A DNA stretch of 60,148 nucleotides from an uncultured delta proteobacterium. Its GTDB lineage: Bacteria; Desulfobacterota; WTBG01; CAIYCZ01; CAIRTM01. Both the position numbers and the translations under genes were made by a program. The notes under the pieces are model-generated. The model was given only the letters and a program-made list of their open reading frames with translations, was not told the DNA's origin and ran no database searches. Position 1 is the stretch's first letter. Every line of letters begins with the position of its first letter. Shown here piece by piece: positions 18,501 through 27,715 of this stretch. The stretch covers positions 1 through 60,148 of the forward strand of contig CAIWCT010000155.1 in the NCBI GenBank assembly GCA_903911225.1, written 5' to 3'.

Positions 18501-18768
18501 ATATTCTCCAGACATGCGTTGAGTGGAATCGGGGTTATCGAAAAAATGCTATTTTACAATTCCACCATTGGTCATCATTCACAGCGGTAGCCTCTTAAAG
18601 AGACAAAGAATAAGCATATACGCGCTCCTGTCGAGCCACCCTCGTTTAAAAACTATCCGGTCAATACAGTGCCACAACCCATTCTTTATTGCTCTGAACC
18701 CTTTCATCTCCCTCCGATCACACAGCCTGCTGCTTCACAGCAGACTGCGTAATAGTAACTGCGCAGCA

Positions 18769-20046
18769 CTAATAGGTTTTCTGCAAATTACCGACAGTAA
18801 ACGTATCCGCAGGAACATCGATTGAAATTTCAGGCTTATAAAAATAGTCCTGCTGGCTCAGCCCTGCATGAACATTTTGGAAATCTTCATACTGGGTGCC
18901 AACGATAAAAGGTTTTTGATCCCCAGTCTTAGTCGGCAGCAGATTGGTGTTATTCATAAAGCACTTCCAAAACTTGCCGTTTGCATCATAAATTTCAGAC
19001 CAGAGTATGAGCGCTGTCTCGGGATCAAGGTACCAGACCCTTTTGGAGTACAGATATTTGGGATCCTTGTTTACGACATCAATAACATACGTATTGCAGC
19101 GCTCGATTGTAATGCCATTCATAAGAGCCTGCCCATCCTGACGGGTCGCCGCCTTCAGGTCTGTATGCCTGCTGGACAGAAGATCTTTTTTACCCTTGAT
19201 GGTATAGGTGTTTCTGGTCAACTGGCCATCCCACATGTATTCATCATCATAAACGATTTCAGAGCCGTCAATGGAATCCGTGCGCTGCGCGGTCGACATT
19301 CTCCTGATGCGTCTGAACTGGCTGTACCAGAGATATGCATCGTCTTCTTTTTGGGGATCGATATACCGGATGTTGAACATGCGGGTATTCAGAAATTCAG
19401 CGGGCTTAAACATATTGAGGAAATATGCCCTATGCATTCCCCGGGGATTATCTGCTACTGCAGGCAGTGGATCCTTTTCAGTGCGGTGTATAAAAAAGCA
19501 TTCAAGATACTCCTGCTCAGCCAAACGCTCAGTTTTGCTTGCGGGGCTAATATTAGGAGAATACCTGCGATATTTTGCTGCATCACCATGATTGTTGAAC
19601 TCAAAATTATATGCTGCCTCCAACCCATCTTTAGGTTCGGGGAAAGGACGGCCGGCAATTTCTGCATAATTTGTAATCGTACCATCCGGATTTTTTTTCA
19701 CCATGGGAGCGTATTTCTTCGTTGCTGCGACAAAGCCCTTGGTTTCAGGAACCGGCTGATAGGCAACAACAGTAAAGAAATTGCCTTCAGGAGGCGCCCC
19801 CCATTTTGCCGGCTCTTTTATAAGACCCACATAGGATTCAGGAATAAAAGCTGCGACCTGATCTATATTTGTTTTATCGATCTTTTTCCCGACCCATGTC
19901 TTTTCCCAATCCTTGACTTTTGCCAGTTCATCCGGAGTATATGCAGCGCCGATCACTTCATTTGCTCCGGCATATACAGGCGCAAGAAAAAACATGAGGG
20001 CTCCGAACAGCCACAACCTAAACATCAGACACCTTACTTTTTTCAT
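18769..20046 (-). CDS. DUF1329-family (LolA-like fold) periplasmic/outer-membrane-associated protein
   Basis: Signal peptide ...FFLAPVYAGA. Family-like stretches are GRPFPEPKDGLEAAYNFEF, FRRIRRMSTAQRTDSIDGSEIVYDDEYMWDG and KRVWYLDPETALILWSEIYDANGKFWK. Confidence 0.6.
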   Translation of the reverse strand: MKKVRCLMFRLWLFGALMFFLAPVYAGANEVIGAAYTPDELAKVKDWEKTWVGKKIDKTNIDQVAAFIPESYVGLIKEPAKWGAPPEGNFFTVVAYQPVPETKGFVAATKKYAPMVKKNPDGTITNYAEIAGRPFPEPKDGLEAAYNFEFNNHGDAAKYRRYSPNISPASKTERLAEQEYLECFFIHRTEKDPLPAVADNPRGMHRAYFLNMFKPAEFLNTRMFNIRYIDPQKEDDAYLWYSQFRRIRRMSTAQRTDSIDGSEIVYDDEYMWDGQLTRNTYTIKGKKDLLSSRHTDLKAATRQDGQALMNGITIERCNTYVIDVVNKDPKYLYSKRVWYLDPETALILWSEIYDANGKFWKCFMNNTNLLPTKTGDQKPFIVGTQYEDFQNVHAGLSQQDYFYKPEISIDVPADTFTVGNLQKTY

Positions 20047-20153
20047 TTCTTCTCCTTCTTTTCATCTCTATAGGTTTAATTTTTCAGAGTGCTATTTCCA
20101 AAATATTTGTTTGGGGAATCAGCGCTCTCTATTTATTCTGCGAGGGCAAATCC

Positions 20154-20696
20154 TTAGGCCAGGCCAGTTGGCTGGATCAAACCACTCAACGGCATTTTGC
20201 ACATAGCTTCATGGCGCACCAGCTGTGCCACATCAAGAAGTATTTTAACATCATCGCCGATCTTACCAAGCCCCCTGACATAGCGCTGCGAACTGGCTTC
20301 AGCAACTTCAGGCGGCAGTTCAATCTGGTTTTCGGGAATGTTTGCCACCTCCTTTACCGTGTCCACCACCAGCCCCACGGCAGTGCCGGTTATGTTCACG
20401 ACCACGATGCACGTGCGGTCGTCATACTCCCGCTCGGGCATTCTGAACCGCAACCGCACATCCATCACCGGAATCACCTTGCCACGCAGGTTGATAACGC
20501 CCTTTATATAGCCGGGCATGTCCGGCACGTCGGTGATCTTTTGAATGCCGACAATCTCAGTTACGTGAAAGATCTCTATGCCGTAATCCTCTTTGCCGAC
20601 GGTAAAGGTAAGGTACTTGCCCTTCTGCGTGTCTTCATCGTCCTCATCAAAAAAATCCTCCTCTAGTGTCTGCCTGCCCTTCTGCTCTGTCATCAT
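20154..20696 (-). CDS. cheW: CheW coupling protein
   Basis: YLTFTVGKEDYGIEIFHVTEIVGIQKITDVPDMPGYIKGVINLRGKVIPVMDVRLRF. ATG at 20696 with GGGAG upstream. The track start at 20729 is a TTG. Confidence 0.88.
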   Translation of the reverse strand: MMTEQKGRQTLEEDFFDEDDEDTQKGKYLTFTVGKEDYGIEIFHVTEIVGIQKITDVPDMPGYIKGVINLRGKVIPVMDVRLRFRMPEREYDDRTCIVVVNITGTAVGLVVDTVKEVANIPENQIELPPEVAEASSQRYVRGLGKIGDDVKILLDVAQLVRHEAMCKMPLSGLIQPTGLA

Positions 20697-20737
20697 CTGT
20701 TCTCCCGCCACCTTTTTTAATATTGGCAAACGTTAAT

Positions 20738-21157
20738 CTAATCCTGCGCCTTGGCCTCTGCAGACAAACCGCTCATTTTCTTCAGCACCATGGTAATATT
20801 GGCGAAGTCCTCATCGGCAAAGGCCATAAAACGGGGAAAAATTTTGTAGGCCATCCTTACCGAGTCTTTATCGCGCTTCGGAAGAACTAAAATAATTTTC
20901 GCACCGCTCAAGACATCATGCAGCGAAATAATTTGCTCTGTTTCTTTTTTATTCTTCGGGCACAAAACGAGAATGCATCCGGACGCTCTGGGCTGACAGA
21001 GCCGGACATAAACCTCATCAATGCTTTTATACAGCTCAATGCCCACCCCGTCGCCACTGAGTGCTATGGCCGCTTTGCTTATCTTTTCCAGCATCTTTGT
21101 TGCGGATGCAAAACAGATTATATTCACGTGCTGCATATTCCTTTTTTTGAACTTCAT
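20738..21157 (-). CDS. Hypothetical 139-aa protein with a receiver-like alternating beta/alpha pattern but no phospho-acceptor residues
   Basis: Hydrophobic strands VNIICFA / VGIELY / CILVLCP / KIILVLP / RFMAFA alternate with amphipathic segments. There is no DD pair, D, T/S or K in the expected places. It is the first gene after the sigma54 promoter. Confidence 0.5.
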   Translation of the reverse strand: MKFKKRNMQHVNIICFASATKMLEKISKAAIALSGDGVGIELYKSIDEVYVRLCQPRASGCILVLCPKNKKETEQIISLHDVLSGAKIILVLPKRDKDSVRMAYKIFPRFMAFADEDFANITMVLKKMSGLSAEAKAQD

Positions 21158-21186
21158 TGTCTTATCTTCATCATTTACACAACATA

Positions 21187-21203
21187 TTGCAAAGCCTGTG
21201 CCG
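21187..21203 (-). promoter_or_regulatory. Sigma54 (-24/-12) promoter
   Basis: The minus strand reads cGGCAC-aggct-TTGCa, against the consensus TGGCAC-N5-TTGCA. The -12 GC lies about 32 nt upstream of the ATG at 21157. It sits directly downstream of a sigma54-dependent activator gene. Confidence 0.75.
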
Positions 21204-21416
21204 AGAGTAGCGCTGCAAGAAGATAAAAAAAACTACAAGCTATTGCGGTCTGTTAGAAAAAAGACGCGGGGGAATAAAGAGAAAGCAGAGGTTTTATATG
21301 CATGGTATTGTCCAACCCAACAAGACAGTCTCATTGAATTGGACTGCAGGTGGGGGGTAAAAAAGCAAGGGTAGGTCTTTGCAGGGCTGGTTTTAAGATA
21401 TCAACCGCATAAACAT

Positions 21417-22826
21417 TTAAGTGCGCAGGCTTAAACCGTATTTTTTTAGCAGGCCATAGATGCGGGCACGTGCAAGGCCTGAAAGGCGGCAGGCTTTTTC
21501 AATATCGCCCTGTGCCTGCCAGACAAGGTCGCTCAAATACTGACGCTCTATGTCGGCCAGAGCGCTATCACGAAGCTGCTGCAGCTGGGGGAATTTCTCA
21601 AAATCACTGATGGTTTTGCGCTGCGGGGACTGCTTTCGGATTTTGCTGCCGACAGATGCCCGCACTGCATGAATGCGAATGTGCTCAGGCAGCTGTTTGG
21701 GCACGAGCATCATATCATCCCGCGCAATAGATACCGCATGCTCAATGGCATTGAGCAGTTCGCGAACATTGCCGGGCCACGGGTAGGCAATCAGCGCTTC
21801 GAAAAATTCAGGGGCAACACCTTTGATGCCGATACTGGTACGCTCGCAGTATTTTGAAACATAGTGTTTGACCAGCTCCCGAATATCATCGGAGCGGTCC
21901 CTGAGCGGGGGGATGTGTATGGCGACAGACCGGATGCGGTAGAGCAGATCGCTTCTGAAATCGCCCTTTTTAGCCATGGCCGCCAAATCGCGATTCGTAG
22001 CGCAGACAACACGAAAGTCGGACTCCTCTTCATGCTTGGAGCCTATGGGCCGAAAGCGGTGCTCCTGCAAAACGCGCAGCAACACTTTCTGGAAGTTGAG
22101 CGGCAGCTCACCTATTTCATCAAGAAACAGCGTACCGCCGCCAGCCTGACTGATAAGGCCCTCCCTATCACGGTCGGCACCGGTAAAGGCGCCCTTTATG
22201 TAGCCGAACAGCACACTTTCCACCAGCCTTTCAGGCAGCGCCGTGCAGTCGACGACGACAAAACTCCCGTTCCTGCGGGAGCTGTTTTCATGAACAGCCC
22301 GGGCAAAAAGCTCTTTGCCGGTGCCGGTTTCACCCGTGATTAATACGCTGGCATCACCAGCGGCAGCCTGCACAATCACATCAAGGCACTCGTTAATGCG
22401 TGCGCTGCTGCCTATAATCCTGTCACGATTAAATGCAACCGGCCGCTGCCGGCTCTGCAAAGCGCGCCGGTATTCCGCCGCACGACTGATGTGAAGGGTT
22501 ATCTGCTCCTTTCGGAACGGCTTTTCCAGATAGTCCCATGCGCCGTTTTTTATTGCCAGCACAGCCCCGTCAGGGTCGCCGGCCGAGGTGATAATGATGA
22601 CTTCGGGAGGCGAAGGACTCCTGCGCAGTACGGGCAAAAGATCAAGTCCGCTGCCGTCGGGCAGGCTGACGTCCAAAAAAATGATGTCGTACAGGCCGGA
22701 CGCGGCGGCAGCCTTGCCCTCGGCTATTGTATGCGCCCGGGCGCACTCATGCCCCATGCCGGCGATGATCTGGCTCAATAGATTGCACAAAGCTTTATCA
22801 TCATCTACGACAAGAATCTTGATCAT
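21417..22826 (-). CDS. NtrC-family sigma54-dependent response regulator (REC-AAA+-Fis HTH)
   Basis: REC is MIKILVVDDD...IIFLDVSLPDGSG. Walker A is GETGTGKE. A GAFTGA loop is present. The C-terminal HTH is ACRLSGLARARIYGLLKKYGL. Confidence 0.92.
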   Translation of the reverse strand: MIKILVVDDDKALCNLLSQIIAGMGHECARAHTIAEGKAAAASGLYDIIFLDVSLPDGSGLDLLPVLRRSPSPPEVIIITSAGDPDGAVLAIKNGAWDYLEKPFRKEQITLHISRAAEYRRALQSRQRPVAFNRDRIIGSSARINECLDVIVQAAAGDASVLITGETGTGKELFARAVHENSSRRNGSFVVVDCTALPERLVESVLFGYIKGAFTGADRDREGLISQAGGGTLFLDEIGELPLNFQKVLLRVLQEHRFRPIGSKHEEESDFRVVCATNRDLAAMAKKGDFRSDLLYRIRSVAIHIPPLRDRSDDIRELVKHYVSKYCERTSIGIKGVAPEFFEALIAYPWPGNVRELLNAIEHAVSIARDDMMLVPKQLPEHIRIHAVRASVGSKIRKQSPQRKTISDFEKFPQLQQLRDSALADIERQYLSDLVWQAQGDIEKACRLSGLARARIYGLLKKYGLSLRT

Positions 22827-23010
22827 GGAATCGCCGTTTTATAGCTGTATATATTTGTTGTAATGATCGCCCTGTCAGCACTTGCAGGCGGCGGCACACA
22901 GCATGCTTTCAACTGGCTGCCCGGCTGCTTGCTGCAGGATAACAAGGCTTGGGCATGTGTATACTATGTGCCTTTCGTGCACACAAGCATAAACATGCAG
23001 GAGCCCTTCC

Positions 23011-26000
23011 TCAGTGAGTCTTCCTTGCGTCAAGCACCCTGCGGACCGTTTCCGAAAGGATCAGCCGGTTGAGGGGCTTAATGATGTAGGCTTTTATCCC
23101 GAGGCCCAGCGCCGACTCTTCCGTAACCGTGTCGCTGTAGCCCGTGCACAGTATGATGGGGATATCGGGACGCACCTGCATGAGCCTGTGGGCCAGTTCA
23201 AAGCCCGTAAGCTGCGGCATGGTCTGGTCCGTAATGACGATGTCGACACCGGCAGGATCCTTTTTGAAAAACTCGAGAGCCTCCATCGGACTGCGCAGCG
23301 CCGTAACGCGATAGCCCAATGAGCCCAGCGTCTGCAACCCCACATCCAGAAGCACCTGCTCATCATCCACCAGCAGCACCGATTCACTGCCTTGCGGCAT
23401 GCTTTGAGCGACCAAATGCTGATGCACAGGCGCATCCTGTACCCGCGGCAGAAGCACGTGAAAGACCGTACCTTTGTCACGCTCGCTGTACACCTTGATG
23501 TCTCCCCTCAGACTCTTCACGATGCCATGCACCACCGACAACCCCATGCCAGTGCCCTTGTCCACCTCCTTGGTGGTGAAAAAAGGCTCAAATATGCTGC
23601 CAATGATATCGCCGGGTATGCCGGTACCCGTGTCCTTGACGCTCAGCTGCAGGTACGGCCCGGCCGCGATACCCACATAGGCCCTGGCACCTTGCTCATC
23701 GATATCAACAGACTTTAACGTTATCTCCAGCAAGCCCCCGGCCTTCTGCATGGCGTGGGCTGCATTGGTGCACAAATTCATGATGATCTGATGAATCTGC
23801 GTGGCATCGGCAATCACGATATCGTCCCGGTCGGTTATGTTATAGCGTATGTCAATAGTGGAAGGGATCGAAGCGCGCAGCAGCTTAAGTGCCTCTTTTA
23901 TTATAAGATGCGTCTGGATAGGCTTCAGCTCATGTTCGCTTTTGCGGCTAAAGGACATGATCTGCTTGACTAGATTCCTGGCCCGGTCGCCGGCCTGTAG
24001 AACCTGAGCCAGATTCTTCTCCAGCCTGCTGTTGCCGACCGCCAGATCCTGCGACAGCTCGGTGAACCCGATAATGGCGCACAGTATGTTGTTGAAGTCG
24101 TGGGCGATGCCGCCCGCAAGTGTCCCGATGGCCTCCATCTTCTGAGACTGCCAGAGCTGCTCCTCAAGCTTTTTCTTTTCAGTAACGTCGTTACAAACCG
24201 CTACATAGCCCGTAATCACGCCGCCATGATTCCGCAGGGGTGTTATGGCCACGTCAAGGATGTACTGTGCCCCGTCCGTTTTCTTTGCGCTAATCTGTTC
24301 GGACCAGGGTGCCCCGAGCCTGCTCGCCTGCCATATGTAGGAATACCGCTCGCCAATTCCACCGCCGGAAGAAAAGGGCCCTTTGCCTATGATATCTTCG
24401 ATGCGGTATCCCGTTATCCGCTCCATGGCTGGGTTGGCATAGACAGCGGTGCCATCCATGTCAAGCAGGAGAACGCCTTCTGCAGCCTGCTCGATAGCCA
24501 TTGCAAGGCGTGCGCGCTCCTGCTCGGCAAGCTTACGCTCGGTGATGTCGCGGGTTATAGTGGAAAAGAAAATCTCGCCATTGATCTCCCAGCTAAACAG
24601 GGAAAACTCCATGGGAAATTCCGTGCCATCTTTGCGTACAGCCCATGATTCAATGGTGGAGCCTATGACGTTTGACTTTCCGGTACGGTTATATTTATCC
24701 CTATTCATTGATTCCCTGGCATGCAGCCGCGGCGCCAGCATGATGGAACTCTGCTTGCCGACCAGCTCATTTTGAGCATAGCCGAATATGCGCTCAGTGG
24801 CGCTGTTGCAGTACAGTATTATTCCAGAACTGTCGGTTATTGTAATCGCATCCGGCGAGTTTTCCGCTATCGCCCTGAACCGCTCCTCGCTCTCCCGTAG
24901 CGCTTCCTCTGCCCGCTTGCGCCCGGTGATGTCCCTGATGCTGACAACAGCGCCTATCTGCTGCCCCTGCTCATTGAGCATGGAGACGCTGTTTAACTCG
25001 ACAGGGCAAAGGGAGCCATCTTTTTTTACCATGCAGGTGGAAACTTCATTAATGAAGCCCTGCTCGCGCATGGCTGTCATGACATGGGCGGAGATGCTCA
25101 AGTAGGGTTCGTCCGGGGGCCCAAGCTCAGCCATGTGCATGCCCAAAAGCTCATCACGTTCATACCCGACGATATGCAAAGCGGCATTGTTGACTTTAAC
25201 AATATAGCCCTTTGCATCCGCGGTGATGAGCCCTTCGGTTGAAGTCTGAAATACGTTTTCAAGGTATCCCAGTGCTGCCTCCAGCTCCTGCCGATTTCCC
25301 TGGAGCGCTTCCTCAGCCCGCTTGCGCTTGGTGATATCGCGGGTTACGGTGGCAAAGAAAAATGTGCCGTCAATTTCCCAGCTGAAAACAGAGAACTCTA
25401 TTGGAACTTCCGTGCCGTCCTTGCGTGCAGCCCATGATTCAATAGTGGAGCCTATAAAATCTGACTGACCGGTGCGATTATATTCACCCCTTTTCATTGC
25501 TTCCTTCGCCTGCAGGCGCGGCGGCAGCAGAATGGATGCCGGCTCACCCACCAGTTCTTCTTTTGCATAGCCGAACATATGCTCAGTGGCACTGTTGCAG
25601 TAGAGAATTGTTGATGAACTGTCGGTTATGAAAATCGTATCCGGAGAATTTTCCGCTATCGCCCTGAACCGCTCATCGCTCTCCCTGAACGTATGGACGG
25701 CCTGCTCAAGCTGCGTCGTGCGCTGCAGCACGCGGTCTTCAAGCTCAAGGTTCAACTGCTCAAGATTTTTCTGCGCTTCCCGGAGCAGGGTTTCGGCATG
25801 CTTGCGGGATAAGACTTCGCACGAGAGGCGCCTGGTCCAGTAGATAAAAATGCCAAGCGCCAGCAGCAGGGGCAGTAAAACTTTCCATAGCAGAGAATAA
25901 TCAAATACGCGCTCATAGGCAACGGTCATCCATTTTTGCTGTGCGGCATTGCGCTGCTCGGCAGGGATAATGTCGAGGGCTTTCTGCAGGATGCCGGCCA

Positions 26001-27480
26001 GCATTCGGTAGTCGCTGCGCACGGCCATGCCCATCTGGTAGGTATACGGCGTCTGCCCGGCAACCTTAATGTTGCCGTAGCCGAGCTTCCCTATGTAATA
26101 GCCGGCTACCAGCAAGCTCTCAACGCAGGCCTGAATGCGCCCCTGCGCAAGCAGGCTGAGCATGTCGCCGGTAGACGCCGCAGGCACCAGATCGATTGCC
26201 GGAAAGTCGCGGGCCAGCCACTCCCGCACGGCATAGCCTTTGACGACAGCGACCTTACGGCCGTTAAGCTCATTCAGGTCTGAAATATAGGCGGCGTCTT
26301 TGCCGGTAAGCACGACAACCGGCAGGGAAATATACGGCCTCGTGAAAGCAAGGTAGCCCGAGCGCTCTCGGGTTTCAGCGATACAGCTCAGCATATCTAT
26401 TGCGCGGCTCTTTGTGCTTTCAAGCAGAGACTGCCAGGCAGGGCCCGATTTGATGTCAAAGCGGATACCGAGCATCTTTTCTACCTGTTTCAGGTATTCA
26501 ATAGTGATGCCCTTGCCTTGACCCTCTTCATCGGCGAATTCAACCGGAGCCCATTTAGAATCGATTCCCACGCGAATGACAGGATGGTCTTTCAGCCACT
26601 GCCGTTCCTCAGGATCCAGATCAACCATCCTGAGCCGGCAGGAAAAATCATCCATGAAGGCGTTCCACTTTACCAGCAGCTGTGCGCGCTCCTCCCGTGA
26701 AATTGATGCAAGGGCTTTGCGCAGGGCGCTTTTCAGCTCAGGCCAGTCCTTGCGGACAAAAAAGGCGACGGGATACCCCTCGTTGTAGACGTTGAGGACC
26801 TTAAGATCCTGTATGGAATTTTTCCACAGCCGGTAGTTGATTTCCGAGTGAACATCATAAAAGCCGTCTGCTTTGCCGTGCAGAACCAGATTGACGCAGT
26901 CAAACAGAGAATCGGCAAAAACAAATTTGTTGCCCCGCAGCACGTCAAGGGCCGGATTTGCAAGATCCCAGCCCTTTACCAGCGCTATGGTTCTGCCGGT
27001 CATGGCCGGAGACGGATTTGCCGCGAACTCGGAGTCTTTGCGGACAAAAAGCGCATAGGGCAGAAAAAGAAACTCCTCCGTCTTCAGATAATGCTCATTG
27101 TAGGGCATATCGGAAGGATCATTGAGCGTGGTCATATCAGCGCTGCCGCTCCTGACATAGTCAAGCAAAACGCCGTACTCCACGGGCTTGAACTGTATCC
27201 GTATACCCAGCAGCTTTTCAATGCGGGCGGTGATGTCTGGAATAACGCCGATATACCCGCCCTGTTCATCGACAAAACCGTAGGGTGCGCCATCGCGGTA
27301 GGCCGCAAGCGTTATAACAGGATGACTGGCCAGCCAGGCCCGTTCCCCGGGAGTGAAATTGATTGGAATTTTTTCCTCGGAAGAGGCGCGCTCAGCCTGC
27401 GCCTGCGCAGTATTTGCAATAAAAAACAGTAAAAGCGCGGTGAGAATAATAAATGGCGACAGAACCTGCCGTGCGTTCAT
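23011..27480 (-). CDS. BvgS/EvgS-like hybrid sensor kinase: two periplasmic SBP_bac_3 (Venus flytrap) domains, TM, coiled coil, 4 PAS, HisKA-HATPase, REC. No HPt domain.
   Basis: The two periplasmic modules read WLASHPVITLAAYRDGAPYGFVDEQGGYIGVIPD... and WLKDHPVIRVGIDSKWAPVEFADEEGQGKGITIEY.... The H-box is GGIAHDFNNIL. The G-boxes are DTGTGIP...GTGMGLS. REC is LLVDDE...ITDQTMPQLTG. I prefer the ATG at 27480, since the track start at 27495 is a TTG. Confidence 0.9.
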   Translation of the reverse strand: MNARQVLSPFIILTALLLFFIANTAQAQAERASSEEKIPINFTPGERAWLASHPVITLAAYRDGAPYGFVDEQGGYIGVIPDITARIEKLLGIRIQFKPVEYGVLLDYVRSGSADMTTLNDPSDMPYNEHYLKTEEFLFLPYALFVRKDSEFAANPSPAMTGRTIALVKGWDLANPALDVLRGNKFVFADSLFDCVNLVLHGKADGFYDVHSEINYRLWKNSIQDLKVLNVYNEGYPVAFFVRKDWPELKSALRKALASISREERAQLLVKWNAFMDDFSCRLRMVDLDPEERQWLKDHPVIRVGIDSKWAPVEFADEEGQGKGITIEYLKQVEKMLGIRFDIKSGPAWQSLLESTKSRAIDMLSCIAETRERSGYLAFTRPYISLPVVVLTGKDAAYISDLNELNGRKVAVVKGYAVREWLARDFPAIDLVPAASTGDMLSLLAQGRIQACVESLLVAGYYIGKLGYGNIKVAGQTPYTYQMGMAVRSDYRMLAGILQKALDIIPAEQRNAAQQKWMTVAYERVFDYSLLWKVLLPLLLALGIFIYWTRRLSCEVLSRKHAETLLREAQKNLEQLNLELEDRVLQRTTQLEQAVHTFRESDERFRAIAENSPDTIFITDSSSTILYCNSATEHMFGYAKEELVGEPASILLPPRLQAKEAMKRGEYNRTGQSDFIGSTIESWAARKDGTEVPIEFSVFSWEIDGTFFFATVTRDITKRKRAEEALQGNRQELEAALGYLENVFQTSTEGLITADAKGYIVKVNNAALHIVGYERDELLGMHMAELGPPDEPYLSISAHVMTAMREQGFINEVSTCMVKKDGSLCPVELNSVSMLNEQGQQIGAVVSIRDITGRKRAEEALRESEERFRAIAENSPDAITITDSSGIILYCNSATERIFGYAQNELVGKQSSIMLAPRLHARESMNRDKYNRTGKSNVIGSTIESWAVRKDGTEFPMEFSLFSWEINGEIFFSTITRDITERKLAEQERARLAMAIEQAAEGVLLLDMDGTAVYANPAMERITGYRIEDIIGKGPFSSGGGIGERYSYIWQASRLGAPWSEQISAKKTDGAQYILDVAITPLRNHGGVITGYVAVCNDVTEKKKLEEQLWQSQKMEAIGTLAGGIAHDFNNILCAIIGFTELSQDLAVGNSRLEKNLAQVLQAGDRARNLVKQIMSFSRKSEHELKPIQTHLIIKEALKLLRASIPSTIDIRYNITDRDDIVIADATQIHQIIMNLCTNAAHAMQKAGGLLEITLKSVDIDEQGARAYVGIAAGPYLQLSVKDTGTGIPGDIIGSIFEPFFTTKEVDKGTGMGLSVVHGIVKSLRGDIKVYSERDKGTVFHVLLPRVQDAPVHQHLVAQSMPQGSESVLLVDDEQVLLDVGLQTLGSLGYRVTALRSPMEALEFFKKDPAGVDIVITDQTMPQLTGFELAHRLMQVRPDIPIILCTGYSDTVTEESALGLGIKAYIIKPLNRLILSETVRRVLDARKTH

Positions 27481-27715
27481 GCCCTTGCCTTTCAATGGTA
27501 AAAAAAGTGCGGCGCATAAGCCGAGGGGGATTTCCTTTATGGTAGTTTAAAATTTATAACTTTTATTCGACTTCGCCGTCAAGGATTAAATAGCACTGGG
27601 CAATGCTGCAGGCCGAAACCCGGGCGCAAATTTTTCTTTCATGATCGGCTGTGTTAAAGTATTAAAGATGAATAGCGAAATGCTCCTCATAAAAACAAAA
27701 AAACGAGGCTTGCTG

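Noticed and set aside
18661-18676. A second sigma54-like element (TGGCAC-tgta-TTGA, minus strand) upstream of the heme MCP
   Set aside because: The spacer is one nt short and the -12 GC is replaced by GA. It is too weak to call without transcript mapping.
18868-20073. A 401-aa plus-strand ORF covering the whole DUF1329 locus
   Set aside because: It is an antisense shadow of a gene with a clear signal peptide and family-like motifs. The translation is dominated by I/F/C/R runs, it has no SD, and it has no recognisable domain.
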